A stretch of DNA of 60,341 nucleotides, filler included, from Globobulimina sp. (GCA_003354225.1; 13 parts of 13 records of this genome joined end to end with filler, not necessarily neighbours in it), one strand, 5' to 3'; counted from the whole stretch's first letter, positions 1-12,400 are shown. Notes: a model not told the origin generated them from the letters alone. Numbers and translations: made by a program.

Positions 1-2699
1 TATTATTCGAATAAATGCCGATTACATATTTCTTGTTTGCACTATCAATCATTGCCACAGTCTGTGTATTTGGCGAACAAGAATGGCTGAAACGGGAACC
101 AAAATTGCCTTTTTTTATAGGATCAATAAATAGCAAATCATAGCCATCGGGATCGTTGTCATGGCGCTCCAACATAATATTAAAAAAATCGGGTAATTCA
201 GACACATCACTTAGAGCTCGACTGACTTGCTTCTGTAAATCACATTTTTCATACCACCGCCACGCTGGGTACACTTCACCAAAATATTCAATAATAAAGG
301 AATTAATGTCAATGCCTTGGCGGTCAACACAAATCACACCATTTCCTTTTGGATAAATGGGATAAAATTCTTCACAAAAACTACCTTCTAAATCACCCCC
401 AATATCCAACACATTATGTGCTGAATTGTCAATATTCATTCGTTTGGCTGCCAACTTACTAATTTTACTCAGTAAACAGGAGCTCATCTCGGCGTCTTCT
501 TGTTTGATAGCAAAACTATCATAGTTCACATCCTTATGCTTCGACAATATCATTTTCAACACATCGGTCATGAAAAAAGGAGCTGTCCTGCCATTCAATG
601 AGCATTTCTTATAAATTATTTTGCCAGATTTCAGGTGCGGATATTGTTGGCAGTCCAACATAAAAGAATTGAAAGATGGCTGTAATACGTCTTGAATAAA
701 CTTACTGATCTCAGTGGCACCAAAGCCACACTCTTTAATACAGGTTTTGGCGATGCGGCGCCGCGTCGACTGATCTATACCGAACGTAAGTTGTTCGCGT
801 AAATGTTTGCCCATTATCTTCCTGTCACCATTTTGGATGCATCGATTCCGGCACAATTTCGCATTTGCGGCACAACCACATTTGTCACCGCACTCCATAC
901 AATCTTTTCGATCCAGACATTCCGTCTTAAATTGCATTGAGCCGACATCATACGGCCCTGAACAACATAATTTTATATTGTTCAAATATGTGCAGTCACA
1001 TAAATGTTATAAAGCATACCTAATTTGGATAAATCATCGCAATGTTTACCCTCACATTGATTAACTTTATTTGTTTCTAATTTTTTCATAGTTAAAACCT
1101 GTTCATGTTCTGGTTGAACACACGGAATATATTCAAATATCGCCTCATATTTAAATGGATTCTCAAACGTAAACCTCTCTAATTTTTCTAATTTGCTTTG
1201 ATCGCCGCGATATTTAATTTTCTTATAAGGAATCTTCCAAAATCCTTCGATATCCACCGGATCAGAATGTAATTGTTTTTTGTGTTTATGGCGTTTGTGA
1301 TTAATTCGCTTCTGTTTCATCATTTGCTTTAAATGCCACGCCATCGGTTTGTCTTTTGCTCGCTGCACCAATTTCGCATCACTTTTCTCGATCAGAATCT
1401 TCCCAAACTGTAGGAATTTAGCGCATAAATCCACGATCGCTGGATTGGTGCCATAAAACTGTTGGAAACTTTCCGCTAATCTTTCAAAGTCAAACTAAAA
1501 AAAAACTTTCAGCATTTAACTAAAAAAAAACATGTCAACCATGACTTAACTCTAAAGTCAATGCCAATGTTAGCATACGCCTTCATCGACGACACCTTAT
1601 CGATCATAATCGACAAATCAATGGAAATCTCGTTGGATCTGCGTTGCACAAACAAATTATTAAACTTCTTGAACCGATTTAGCAGTCTCAACATTGCTTT
1701 CTCCACAGCAGAGTCAAACGGATATTTCCCAGCATCCGGTGCCAAATTCAATAATTTCAATTGCTTATCATCATTGCTATCCATATCAACACCACTCGAA
1801 TTGTCTGAAAACGCCCCATCTGACTCACTTTCGTCCTTATACCGCTGTAATTTTCTCGACGATTTCTCATCTTTCATCTTTTTGCGCCGCCTGCGTAACA
1901 TCGTCAAATCCAAATTATTCTCTCGCATCACCTGCAAAATGGCGCGCTTTGCTCGCTTTTTTGTGATATTTTGCTGTTGCGTGAAATCCTCCAAAATGGG
2001 CAATTCCTTCTTCATTTCATACGCTTTGCGCGCAGCTTTAATCAGATCCAAATGGCTGCGGGTTGAGGACGACTGTTTCTTGGGGATACGGATTAAATTT
2101 TTGATTTGATTGCGCTTTGCAGCCTCTTTTTGCTGTTTATGTGCAATGCAGTCGTCATCGTCTGAACTTGTGTCAGAAGTGTCATTGTTTACGATGGAAT
2201 TGTTATTTTCGAACAAAATCGCCTCGAATGAGGCTGACGAAGAGCTGGAAGACTCATCCTCTTCGTTGTCGAGGTTGTCGTTAATGATATGAGTCTGTTG
2301 TGTGGTGTGTGCGTTGTTCAGTGAGTGCTGGTTTAGCCGCCTACGTTTGTTGCGTTTGGCCATTTGTTCCCATTCGTCGCGTTCTTCCATGGCCATATCG
2401 GAGATGCGACGATAGCGTTTACGGTAGGAATGGGAATAAGGCGATTTGTAAAATGGTTGGTGGTTATTTATATATTCATTCAGTGCTAAATCATAACTGT
2501 CGTTTATTAGTGACGGGTCATCGATGTCGTTGTCGTGATCGTTTGCGGTGGGATTGTAATCACCAAAATAGTCAATGTCTTCTTCTTTTGCGTCTCCAGT
2601 GTGGTCTGTGCATGTCTTGACGTTGGCGCTGTGATTTGTTTCATCTTTTAATAACTCGTCAAATGAAACTTCCATCATTTCTTGAACTTGAGTTGACAT
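1..2699 (-). CDS. ATXR3: ATXR3/SDG2-like SET-domain histone lysine methyltransferase, 3'-partial; introns 1495-1550 and 958-1019
   Basis: Manual translation of 957..1 gives ECGDKCGC..CRNRCIQ (pre-SET/AWS-like), FGIDQSTR, YPKGNGVIC, FIIEYFGEVYPAWRWYEK, LPDFFNIMLERHDNDPDGYDLLFIDP and GNFGSRFSHSCSPN. These match the plant ATXR3/SDG2 SET signature. Both GT-AG introns join the three ORFs in frame. Confidence 0.85.
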
Positions 2700-2802
2700 T
2701 ATAAATGACTTGGTTACAGTTTTTCAGGTCAGCTCTAAAAAAAAGCTGAAATTATCAGCAAAAACACTAAGAAAGGAAAACAATTGCAATAACCCAGTTA
2801 GT

Positions 2803-4553
2803 ATGATACCCAATCTGAAGAAAAGAAAATTAGATGTCGATGAGCATAATGTTGACATTAATAACAATGATAAGAATGAGCCACATAAAAAAAAGAGAAA
2901 ACTATATACATTCATTTCATCCTACACCTTATTAAAAAAACAAAATTATGAATTAAAACAAGAAAACAATGAATATAAACAAAAATTTAATATTTGTAAA
3001 AAAGAAGCTAATAAATGGAAAACAAAATATATCAAATTACGGTACACTTAAATTTATATTTTGTTTATATTTAATTATAGTTATTTTTATTGATACAGTT
3101 CACAATTAATTGAGTTAAAAGAGAATGACATAGAAATTGAAATTAACGAAACCAATGAAAAAAACGAATCGTCGCCAACACCTCAACCATCAAAATCTTT
3201 CCATAAACCCAGAAATAAAACAATAAATGTTAAATATATTAACAGTTTGGTCAGTATTTAATGCATATTAATATAATTAATCTTATATTTAGAATATCAC
3301 AGCGCAGAGAAATATTATCAAAGCAAAAAATAGCAATAAACCATCATTATCCAACAACATTATCGAGGATGAAGACAAGAACCATAATATTTGCCCTGTT
3401 ATAACTGACGCAGTTAACTAAATATATAAATATATCTTCGGATCCATGTTGTTTCATTCGCAAAATGATAAAAATTAAATAAAGTTACATAAATCCGGAC
3501 AAATAAATAAAGAATTAATGCAATTAATAAATGGGTTAAAACAAAATCTTGACGGAAATGATGTTGATTTAATATACGAAGCATTACGACATTTAAGCAA
3601 TTATTTAAATAATATGACATTGAATATACATGATATCATTGCAATTGTAGACGCAAAAATTATACCAAGAATATTAGCTTCGTATCAGAGGAAGCTCCAC
3701 ATTCAAATAAAGAAATTCAACGTATTTCAGAGGAATGTCTTTCTACAATCTTCGAAAGCAATAAAATTGACTCAAAGGCAGATTCTGTTATTTCCCAAAT
3801 AAAACATGGTTTGAATTCGAAAAATAATAATTTGATATATAACACATTATGTTATATTCCAGCGACAGGAATTATTAAATCTGGATTATTACCAACGATT
3901 ATTCCACTTTTAACACATTCTGATGCAGGGATCAAACGCGACTCATTGAGCTTACTCCACGACATTGTTGATGACATTGATATTGCTCCATTATTCCACG
4001 ACGAAAATGAAATAAAATTAATTGTTGATTGTGGTATAATTTCGACATTGAACATTTTTTTAAAGGCTTGCAGTGATGATAGTTATTCAATTCATGCGTT
4101 AAAATGTTTGCGTGTTATTTCCTCCACAAAATATGGTGCTGCAGCTATTATAAAATCATGTATTCCACGCACAATAATTAAACATTTTAAACCTTTAAAA
4201 CGTGTGGTATTTTGTGATAAAATAACTATGAAAAATGGGAAAATTGAGATTGAAAAAAATGTAAATAGGAAAATTGTAGAAATCGAGAGGATGGATTATA
4301 ATTTAATAAATAGATTTTTTTCTTTAACTTTATTCAGTCCCAACCGTAAAATCACGCAAAATTGTTTACAATGTATAAATAATATATTATGTCAAAAGGC
4401 AAACATTATTTTACAGAACAAAAATTATTATAATTTATTAAACCGTTTACAAGTATTATTATATCATAACAAGGCAGATATTGTTTACTGTGCATGTTCG
4501 ATAATATTAAATATTATTGATACACAGTTGAGAGATATTATTGATGCACAATT
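2803..4553 (+). CDS. Armadillo/importin-alpha-like repeat protein, spliced, with apparent frameshift near 3680; 3'-partial
   Basis: Basic and coiled-coil first exon, short introns near 3042-3098 and about 3250-3291, then ARM-like helices (AIVDAKIIPRIL, GIIKSGLLPTIIPLLTHSDAGIKRDSL, LIVDCGIISTL). The coding frame switches between ORFs 3518 and 3811. Confidence 0.55.
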
Positions 4554-4653
4554 NNNNNNNNNNNNNNNNNNNNNNNNNNNNNNNNNNNNNNNNNNNNTTA
4601 ATTAATTAANNNNNNNNNNNNNNNNNNNNNNNNNNNNNNNNNNNNNNNNNNNN
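4554..4653. other. Artificial contig linker (N44-TTAATTAATTAA-N44); first of 12
   Basis: Identical 100-bp spacers with six-frame stops at 4554-4653, 9207-9306, 13859-13958, 18511-18610, 23163-23262, 27814-27913, 32462-32561, 37110-37209, 41757-41856, 46404-46503, 51050-51149 and 55696-55795. The intervening contigs decrease in length (4553 to 4546 bp). Confidence 0.99.
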
Positions 4654-6597
4654 AATGGAATATCCAAAGCACTCAATAAATCCACGCCGTCGCCCAACAA
4701 CGCAGTCAAATCAGCAACGCCGCCAAATGAGTCATCATCTTCTAACACATTCTTGGTCGATCTTTGATGCGTATTCTTTTTCAAACTCTTACTGTCTTTC
4801 TTGCTACTTTTACCTTTAGTTTTTGCCTTAGATTTCCCTTTGGATTTCCCTTTAGATTTCCCTTTGCTTTTACCCTTCTTCTTATCCTTTTCTTTCATAC
4901 CTTTCCTCCCTTTGCTTTTCACCTTTTCCTCCTTCTTCTTTCCCTTAAAAGATTTATATTTACTTTTCACGGCACTTTCCTTCACTTTTTTGCCTTTACT
5001 CTTCCCTTTGCCCTTAACCTTCCCCTTCCCTTTGCCCTTCTTACTGCTCTTGCCTTTACCCTCTAACTTCTCCAAACTGTCCCTCCGGACCACCACACCC
5101 ACATTCGGCTCAATGTTATACTGTCCGACGGATAGCCTCTTCTTCCTCCCCTGGACCGGCGCAGCCGTTAACAATTTGTTACTTTTGCTCTTTTTGCTCG
5201 ACGCGCCGCTAAACCACGCCGGCGTGGACGAGGGGTATTTCTTATTATACATTTTCTGCGCAGACGCCGACATGCGGCCAAATAACTTGTCACTGCGCTC
5301 ATTCTCGCCAATCACACTCAAAAAATCTAATATCTTGAAGGCGCCTTCGCGCATTAAACGATCTGCGTTGGATAAGCCCTGTTTTAGTCCCTTCTCGATG
5401 CTGTCTAATATATTTGCGGCTATCTTGCCGTCAGACTCTCTGCGTTTGCTCTCCAATGCAATGTAGACATAGTGCCAGCCCTTCTGTTTAGTCGTCTTGT
5501 TCTTAGACGAAGTGGCGTTGCGCATAAACTCTGACAACATTATGATTAATTGTTTCTTGTCCCGAACACCGATCTGTGTCATCATGAGCAATATGACGGT
5601 CTCCACCGCATCCAATGCCTTTTTGTCATTGGCTTTCAATTTCCCGATGTGAGTCATTAAGTATTTGAGGAAATACGTATTCTTTGGCTTATACTGTTTG
5701 TGATAGTGTGTCATCATTATTTCTAAGATGGTGTATAATTGCTTATGGATTTGGAATTTTTTGTCTTTGATTTGTTCGCTGAATACTTTCTTAAATCCAT
5801 CGATGGCATATTTCGAAGTGGGGGCTTCGCATTTTTCGTCGTGGATGATTTCAGTGCAGATCGTTAAGAGTTCGCTGCGTTTTTTGTGAGCTAACTTTGT
5901 GTTGGATAGTTTGGGATATATTAATTGCAATTTTTCAATGCCGGTTATGTCGATTGGCACTATGAAATCTGTACTCTTTTGCTTGGCAGGTTTGGGTGTG
6001 CCGGTATTGAGTCTCTTACCTTTTTCTTTGCCGCCTTTAGCTTTGCTGTCCCTTTTCCCTTTGGTTTTGGATTTTGTTTTTGTTTTTTTCTTGCTGTCAG
6101 TGGTTGGTTTTGGTATAGAGCCATTTTTGAGAGTCTTTGCTTTCTGTTTTTTGGGTGCTTTTCTTTTGTTTTTTGTGGATTGTGGCGTTGGTGGTGTTGC
6201 TGTGGGGGTTATATCTTTTTTTTCATCATCATTTTTGATGGGTTTCTCAGTCAATGCAGTTTTAGTATTTTTATTTATATTTTTTGGCGGTTGTAGTTTT
6301 TGTTTGATTTTGGTGCTTTTTACAAATGTTCCTTTGCCATCGTCGCATTGGAAGAATTCTTCACCATCAAATGTACCGTTATTACCTGTATCGATGGCTT
6401 CATCCAATTCAATTCCAAAACATTTACCAAATGGACCGACGGTGCCTTCAAATCGAATAAAACCTTTTCTTTTTTTACCATGACCAATCAGTCCAATCTC
6501 TGTATTTTGTTGTAAATGCAGATGTGGTATTTTATTTTATAACATGTGAATGAATACACGTACCGACGTAATCACCAACTTTATATTGATCTGCCAT
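4654..6597 (-). CDS. CAP-Gly domain + CLASP-type TOG/HEAT domain + Lys-rich tail protein; intron 6500-6563; 3'-partial
   Basis: The spliced N-terminus MADQYKVGDYVEIG...KGFIRFEGTVGPFGKCFGIELDEAIDTGNNGTFDGEEFFQCDDGKGTFV is CAP-Gly-like. IEKGLKQGLSNADRLMREGAFKIL...ERSDKLFGRMSASAQK resembles the end of a CLASP TOG domain. Confidence 0.75.
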
Positions 6598-6661
6598 GGT
6601 TAAAACTGTTTTTTTTTCTCACTGTTGAACATTCAGATTGCTCTCATCAGTGTCAGTCAAT

Positions 6662-8866
6662 ATGACAACGCTACTTTCCACTCTCAATTATAGAATGACT
6701 GCAAAGGTAAAAACATTATTATTTGTGGTGATGGTGATTGTGTTAATCCTAATATCGCGAGAATATGAAGGTATACAGGAATTGATAAATCTGCCCACAG
6801 CCACTGTGCCGATGCATGAAAGCACACAAAATGTGACACCTAATTCATATAAACCAATATCACCAGTAACATCAGTGCCGTCATTATGGAATTTTTATTT
6901 ATTGAAACTGGAAACATCATCAAAATGTTGTTGTTTTAGTAAAGAAATCTTTTTGTTGTTGTATTATTTGGAGAATCATCCAAAACGATCACTGAATATA
7001 ACAAAGAATACATTGTTTATAATTGCTTATTATGGTGAATTCAATTCAAACCATCAGATATTTGCAGAGAGTGAAACGAAGAAAGTAATGAATGTGAAAA
7101 AATGTAATAATCTACAAAGGGTAAAACAGAGTGGTTATAAAGAGTACATTTCATTATTTAGGAAATTGAAGTTAAACCAAAGCATTTCAAATAATTCTAC
7201 AAAATTATTGCTGTTTACCTATAATCTGAACACATTGTCGCTGTTTGATGGAAATGAATGGCCACTCGATATTGGCAGAATATCATACTACATCACCATC
7301 GATGATGTTAATTACAGATCCAATGTCGACATCAGTTTACCAACAGCGACAGTCAACAATTTCTATAATATTAATAATGTGCGTCGTGATAATGTATCAA
7401 TATTAATGTATAAATATAACATATCATTCCAAGGTCAGATACGGCCAACTTATGGCAGTCATTGGTTTAATAACAAACCAGCGGAATTAGAAAGAAATAG
7501 TGATAGTGACAAAGTATACAATTTGACGCAATTAAAGGTAAAAAATAGAATTTCCAATATTAGATTCAAAATGTTTAAATATTTATATTTAAATGTAAAT
7601 AAAGAAAATCTGAATGATGATTATCGGATTTATATGAAAGAGAGCAAAAATGCAAAATATATTTATAATTTCACAGATCTAATGATCAACAGTCATTTTT
7701 GTTTGTTAATTGGAGGCGACGCACCGTGGAGTTATAGGTTAATGGAAATATTATCAGCGGGATGTGTGCCAATATATATTTATAATGGATGGATCTTACC
7801 ATTTAATAATATTATCAATTGGAACAAATATATTGTATCCATTCCGGAGTTGTACATAAATTATCTCATAAAATATAACTTGTTCAACAATCTGACCACA
7901 TTTAAAATGAATGTCATTTACAATAATAAACAATATATTGATAATATGGACTTATATTACAATAATTCAATAATGAAATGGCATCAAAGTATTTTACATT
8001 TATATGAAAAACACTTTATTAATTATTCGGTTATTACAGAGAATCTGCTTGAAAACATATTGTATGCAGATAATAATAATACAATTTATGCAATGCCACT
8101 GCCAGATATTCCGGATATGCCTGAAATGTCTCATATTTTTACGATCGGATTTCAAGCTTCGGGAACAATGTCATTTCATTCCTTTTTTGAGTTAAATAAC
8201 ATTTCATCCATTCATTGGGATGATAATAATTTATTTGCTGGTATGACAACTAATTATTTTCAACATAAATCCAAAGTGTTGTCAAAGTATGATAATTATA
8301 CTCATATTACTGATTTTGGTGTTGGTCCGATATTAAATCAACAATTCTCTCAATACAATTTGATACATTACAACAACACCAATATTAATGCCACAGAAGC
8401 AGTTCCAGTTTGGTATAAAATATTAGATGAACAATATCCAGGTTCAAAATATATATTAAATGTGCGTCCCATAAATGAATGGTTAATAAGTAGATGGATT
8501 TTGCTTTTCCAATCGAAAAGATTCCAAACTACTGATTTTTATAAGCATGGATTGTATAAAAGATATACAAAGAAAGAAATCTTTGCTTTATGGAGAAAGG
8601 ATTGGTACAATTATAATTGTAATGTGATTGAATATTTTGTGAATAACAATAAAAATAAACAATTATTAGTTTTCGACATTAAGAATGATAATATTTCCAA
8701 ACTTATTCATTTTTTTAAAGATTGGATAGATTTAAATGCAACAAAATGGAGCAACACAAATCATCATACAACAAATGAAAAAGTAACAAATATAAAAATA
8801 TCTGACAATAGCAATAGCACAGAAATTGATAATTTAAAAAGGGAATGTGGTTTTGCTCAGATTTAA
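6662..8866 (+). CDS. Type II membrane exostosin/GT47 glycosyltransferase fused to a sulfotransferase-like domain
   Basis: N-terminal TM anchor. GT47 motif SHFCLLIGGDAPWSYRLMEILSAGCVPIYIYNGWILPF. C-terminal IFTIGFQASGTMSFHSFF (PAPS-binding loop-like) and LDEQYPGSKYILNVRPINEWLIS. Confidence 0.8.
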   Translation: MTTLLSTLNYRMTAKVKTLLFVVMVIVLILISREYEGIQELINLPTATVPMHESTQNVTPNSYKPISPVTSVPSLWNFYLLKLETSSKCCCFSKEIFLLLYYLENHPKRSLNITKNTLFIIAYYGEFNSNHQIFAESETKKVMNVKKCNNLQRVKQSGYKEYISLFRKLKLNQSISNNSTKLLLFTYNLNTLSLFDGNEWPLDIGRISYYITIDDVNYRSNVDISLPTATVNNFYNINNVRRDNVSILMYKYNISFQGQIRPTYGSHWFNNKPAELERNSDSDKVYNLTQLKVKNRISNIRFKMFKYLYLNVNKENLNDDYRIYMKESKNAKYIYNFTDLMINSHFCLLIGGDAPWSYRLMEILSAGCVPIYIYNGWILPFNNIINWNKYIVSIPELYINYLIKYNLFNNLTTFKMNVIYNNKQYIDNMDLYYNNSIMKWHQSILHLYEKHFINYSVITENLLENILYADNNNTIYAMPLPDIPDMPEMSHIFTIGFQASGTMSFHSFFELNNISSIHWDDNNLFAGMTTNYFQHKSKVLSKYDNYTHITDFGVGPILNQQFSQYNLIHYNNTNINATEAVPVWYKILDEQYPGSKYILNVRPINEWLISRWILLFQSKRFQTTDFYKHGLYKRYTKKEIFALWRKDWYNYNCNVIEYFVNNNKNKQLLVFDIKNDNISKLIHFFKDWIDLNATKWSNTNHHTTNEKVTNIKISDNSNSTEIDNLKRECGFAQI

Positions 8867-9442
8867 TGCATATTAATATTTTACACTGACATCGATCATC
8901 TTGAAAATGTTGAAAAATTATTTAAATATTTATATATAACGAATTATATTTTGTTTCCAGATGAACAACAACCTTTTTGTTGTGCCATATTTACTCTCGG
9001 ATTGTTAGAGCCAATCTTGAACTGTCGATCTTAAAAAATCATTGTTTTTTCTCATATAGGTTGTTATTTTTTTACCGTTGTGGATTATACAGTTTACTAA
9101 TAGTCAGTAATAGAAACGTTACTGAAATATATTATGTAATTTACCAAAAAAAACGCAGTAATTTAGAGATAACCGATCAAAAGTACCTCTTTACATCGTC
9201 TAGCACNNNNNNNNNNNNNNNNNNNNNNNNNNNNNNNNNNNNNNNNNNNNTTAATTAATTAANNNNNNNNNNNNNNNNNNNNNNNNNNNNNNNNNNNNNN
9301 NNNNNNGTGTGTTTTTATGATAGTTTAGAACCATACTATAACAATTCTGTGCGTTAAATGAATTGTTCTGGTGCACATCACAGATAGAGGGCCATGTAAA
9401 CTTTAAGGTTTTCTTTTTTCAAAGTCGCTTTTAATTTTGCAA

Positions 9443-12400
9443 ATGAGAGCAGAAACAAAACAAACTGATTCCAATCCTTTTGATAATATAAATTGGAACA
9501 TTAAAATTTCTGCATAAGTCCAGTCAATCAATGTATAAATTCCCAATGTACTGCGCCTCTACATATTGGTTATAAACACAAAAGAAAGAAACCAAACAGT
9601 AAAAAGGCGCATAGCATAAATCTGGATATGAGACGCAAAATATTTGAGGTTTATATTTGACATATCCTCTACATATTTATCCTAATACATATCCTATCAT
9701 ATCCTGTCTATATTTGACATATTTATTATAATATAATATCTTTAATTCCTATCTATTTGTATTATATACAAATAATAACATACAAATAATAACATATTGC
9801 TTTTTATATATTATGTGAGGCTCAAAATATATTCGTAAGCCACAGCCATAGATTTTGTCAAGATTGCCATAAAATTGCTGCCAATAATATCAGTGATCTT
9901 AGATTCAACACCGAAACAATTAAATATCCGTCGTTTGATTGTTTGGATAATTTTTTATCATCAAACCATGAAATTGCAACTGAAACACCAATATGTGAAC
10001 AGGAATCCATTCATGATATTCCTGAAAGCGCCAAACCTCGCAATAAATATCGTAAACGCAAAGGATATGCGTCATTGGATTATAATAAATTATCAGACGC
10101 AGAAATTCAAATCTGTACCGGTTTTAATTTAACTCAGTTGAATCAAATTGTGACCAAAGCGAATGATGAGTTCCTTTCGAGCTATAAGCTTGATTTATTT
10201 AAATTATTTGTTACTTTGACTGTTTGGAGGCATAATTTATCGTATGATATGCAGCAATATTGTTTGGGTTCAGGAGCAAAAGTTCCATTGGAAATATAAT
10301 AAATAATTTTATTGAAAATATGACTGAATATTATGTTCCACATTTTATTGGCTTTCCGGCATGGGATGCAAACAGAATTGACTCTGAAAATCCACATTTT
10401 GTTGATATATTATTTCCCGATATCCGTATTGGTGGTGTTGGTGATGCCACATACATATATTCAGAGAAACCACAAAGAAACTATCAATATCAAAAAAAAA
10501 TATATAGTAATTACAAAAAAAGACATCTTATTAAAATACATGTTATTTGCAATCCCGTTGGGAAGATAATATTAGTTGATGGTCCATTTGATAGTAATGA
10601 TCATAATGGAGATGATAAAATATGGGATTCCCTCATATGTAATTTTAATACAGACACTGAGCATGATATCCATAAAATATTTACTAAAGGTCCGGATGGT
10701 CATCATTTCGTTAACGATCGGGGTTATATGGGATCCAACACACAAGGAATATATTCCATGGAATTCCCAGCGAAATGGTTAAAAGAGACTACCAAACAAT
10801 TAGCAACATTTGAAGCCAACGCTGGAAGGTAAGTTTTGTCCAACTAAATCTTTTGCAAAAAACTATTTTTCCCCGTAACAAAAATGAGCGGAGATCAAAT
10901 TGTTTTCCGTTTGTAAACAAGTATTATTTTTAAACTTATAGATGTGTGACAAAAATCCGTAATGTTATTGAGCGTGTGTTCGCAAGGATTAAAAAATGGA
11001 CAATTTTACGACATACACATTCTATCCAGTATGATCCAGTAAAAATTGTCAATATATTCAAAATAATATCAGCAATGTTAAATCATGTTGCACCAAACCT
11101 ATATTCTGAAGAAAATATCAAAACTATGGAGGTTGATGCACATACTGTAATGAACAGAAAAAATTTGAGACATGACATTGCAGTTAAAGAGGCAGCGGAT
11201 AACAGAGGCTGGCATCAAATAAAACACTGGAATAAGTTGGATGAATTACTTGACACACATGGCATTAAACTCCTCGATATGCCAGCTTTCGACTTATTTA
11301 ATCTCCGCCGTTATTCGACATCGCCATATTTATTGAATGCGTGTAAATATTATGCATTTCATTCAAAAAATATTAGATTTCAATACAATTGTAAATATCC
11401 TAACACCATTAGAGTTTGGGGTGTGACTAGCAAATATTCCAGAAATGATGTAAGCAGCACTAAAGATTATACGCATTATCACCGATTCGATTCACATAAT
11501 TTAGAAGATTCAATATCGTTTTGTGTCTGTCCCAATGGCACGAAAACATCAGGTTGTTGCGTGCATTGCATAGCAAGTTTATATGTTTTGTACCATAAAA
11601 TTCAGAATTTACCACTTCCACCAATCAATCAACGTACCATTGAATATCAAAATCATTGCACTGATTTATATTCATTTGAAGTGCAACACCAGCAATATTT
11701 GGGAGAATTTTCAGATGTCAACCTTGAAGACGCTGACGATATCTCCATCCAATCCAAATTAGAACAATATGGATTGCCACTCACATGTGAAATTGAGCAG
11801 CATGGAGCGTTAACATGTTTACATCATAGTCACCGATTATTTTTAATAGCTGATCCACAGACACCTTCACAATTAATATGGACTACAACAGTACCAACTA
11901 TACAACAAACTTTAATTCAACAAAATATGCCCTGGACATCACAATTGCCACTAGCACAAATTATCAACAGTGCTTCCTGTACTGAGTCCAACAATGAGTC
12001 GAAAAATAATTCTAACAACGAGTCCGACAATAATTCTAACAATCATTCCAACAATCATTCCAACAATGATTCCAACATTGATTCCAACAATGATTCCAAC
12101 AATGATTGCAGCATGAACTATCTCAATCAACCAAACAATGAGTCCACGAATCATCATGTTTATAATACTAGAAGCCATACACAACAAACTCAGACATATT
12201 CAAACAGAAACACAACTCAAAATGCGACACAAAAAAATAATTGCAATCGGACATTCACTAAAAATAGTAGGCGCAGACGCGCACGGAAACGAAGACGACA
12301 ATTTGCATCAAACAGAAGTTCGCGTTCAGCATTGCAGTCAAATTCAATCACAACCTCACTTCGCTCAACAGTTGTCAGTCTGCATAATATTAATCCAGAA

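Noticed and set aside
4790-5060. KGKSK repeats suggesting histone H1 or a protamine
   Set aside because: No globular H1 domain; this is a low-complexity tail in frame with the CAP-Gly/TOG protein.
4764-6483. Long Leu/Phe-rich plus-strand ORFs that look like membrane proteins
   Set aside because: They are antisense shadows of the Lys-rich CAP-Gly gene. The same applies to shadow ORFs opposite POLE, the GTPase and the TUT gene.
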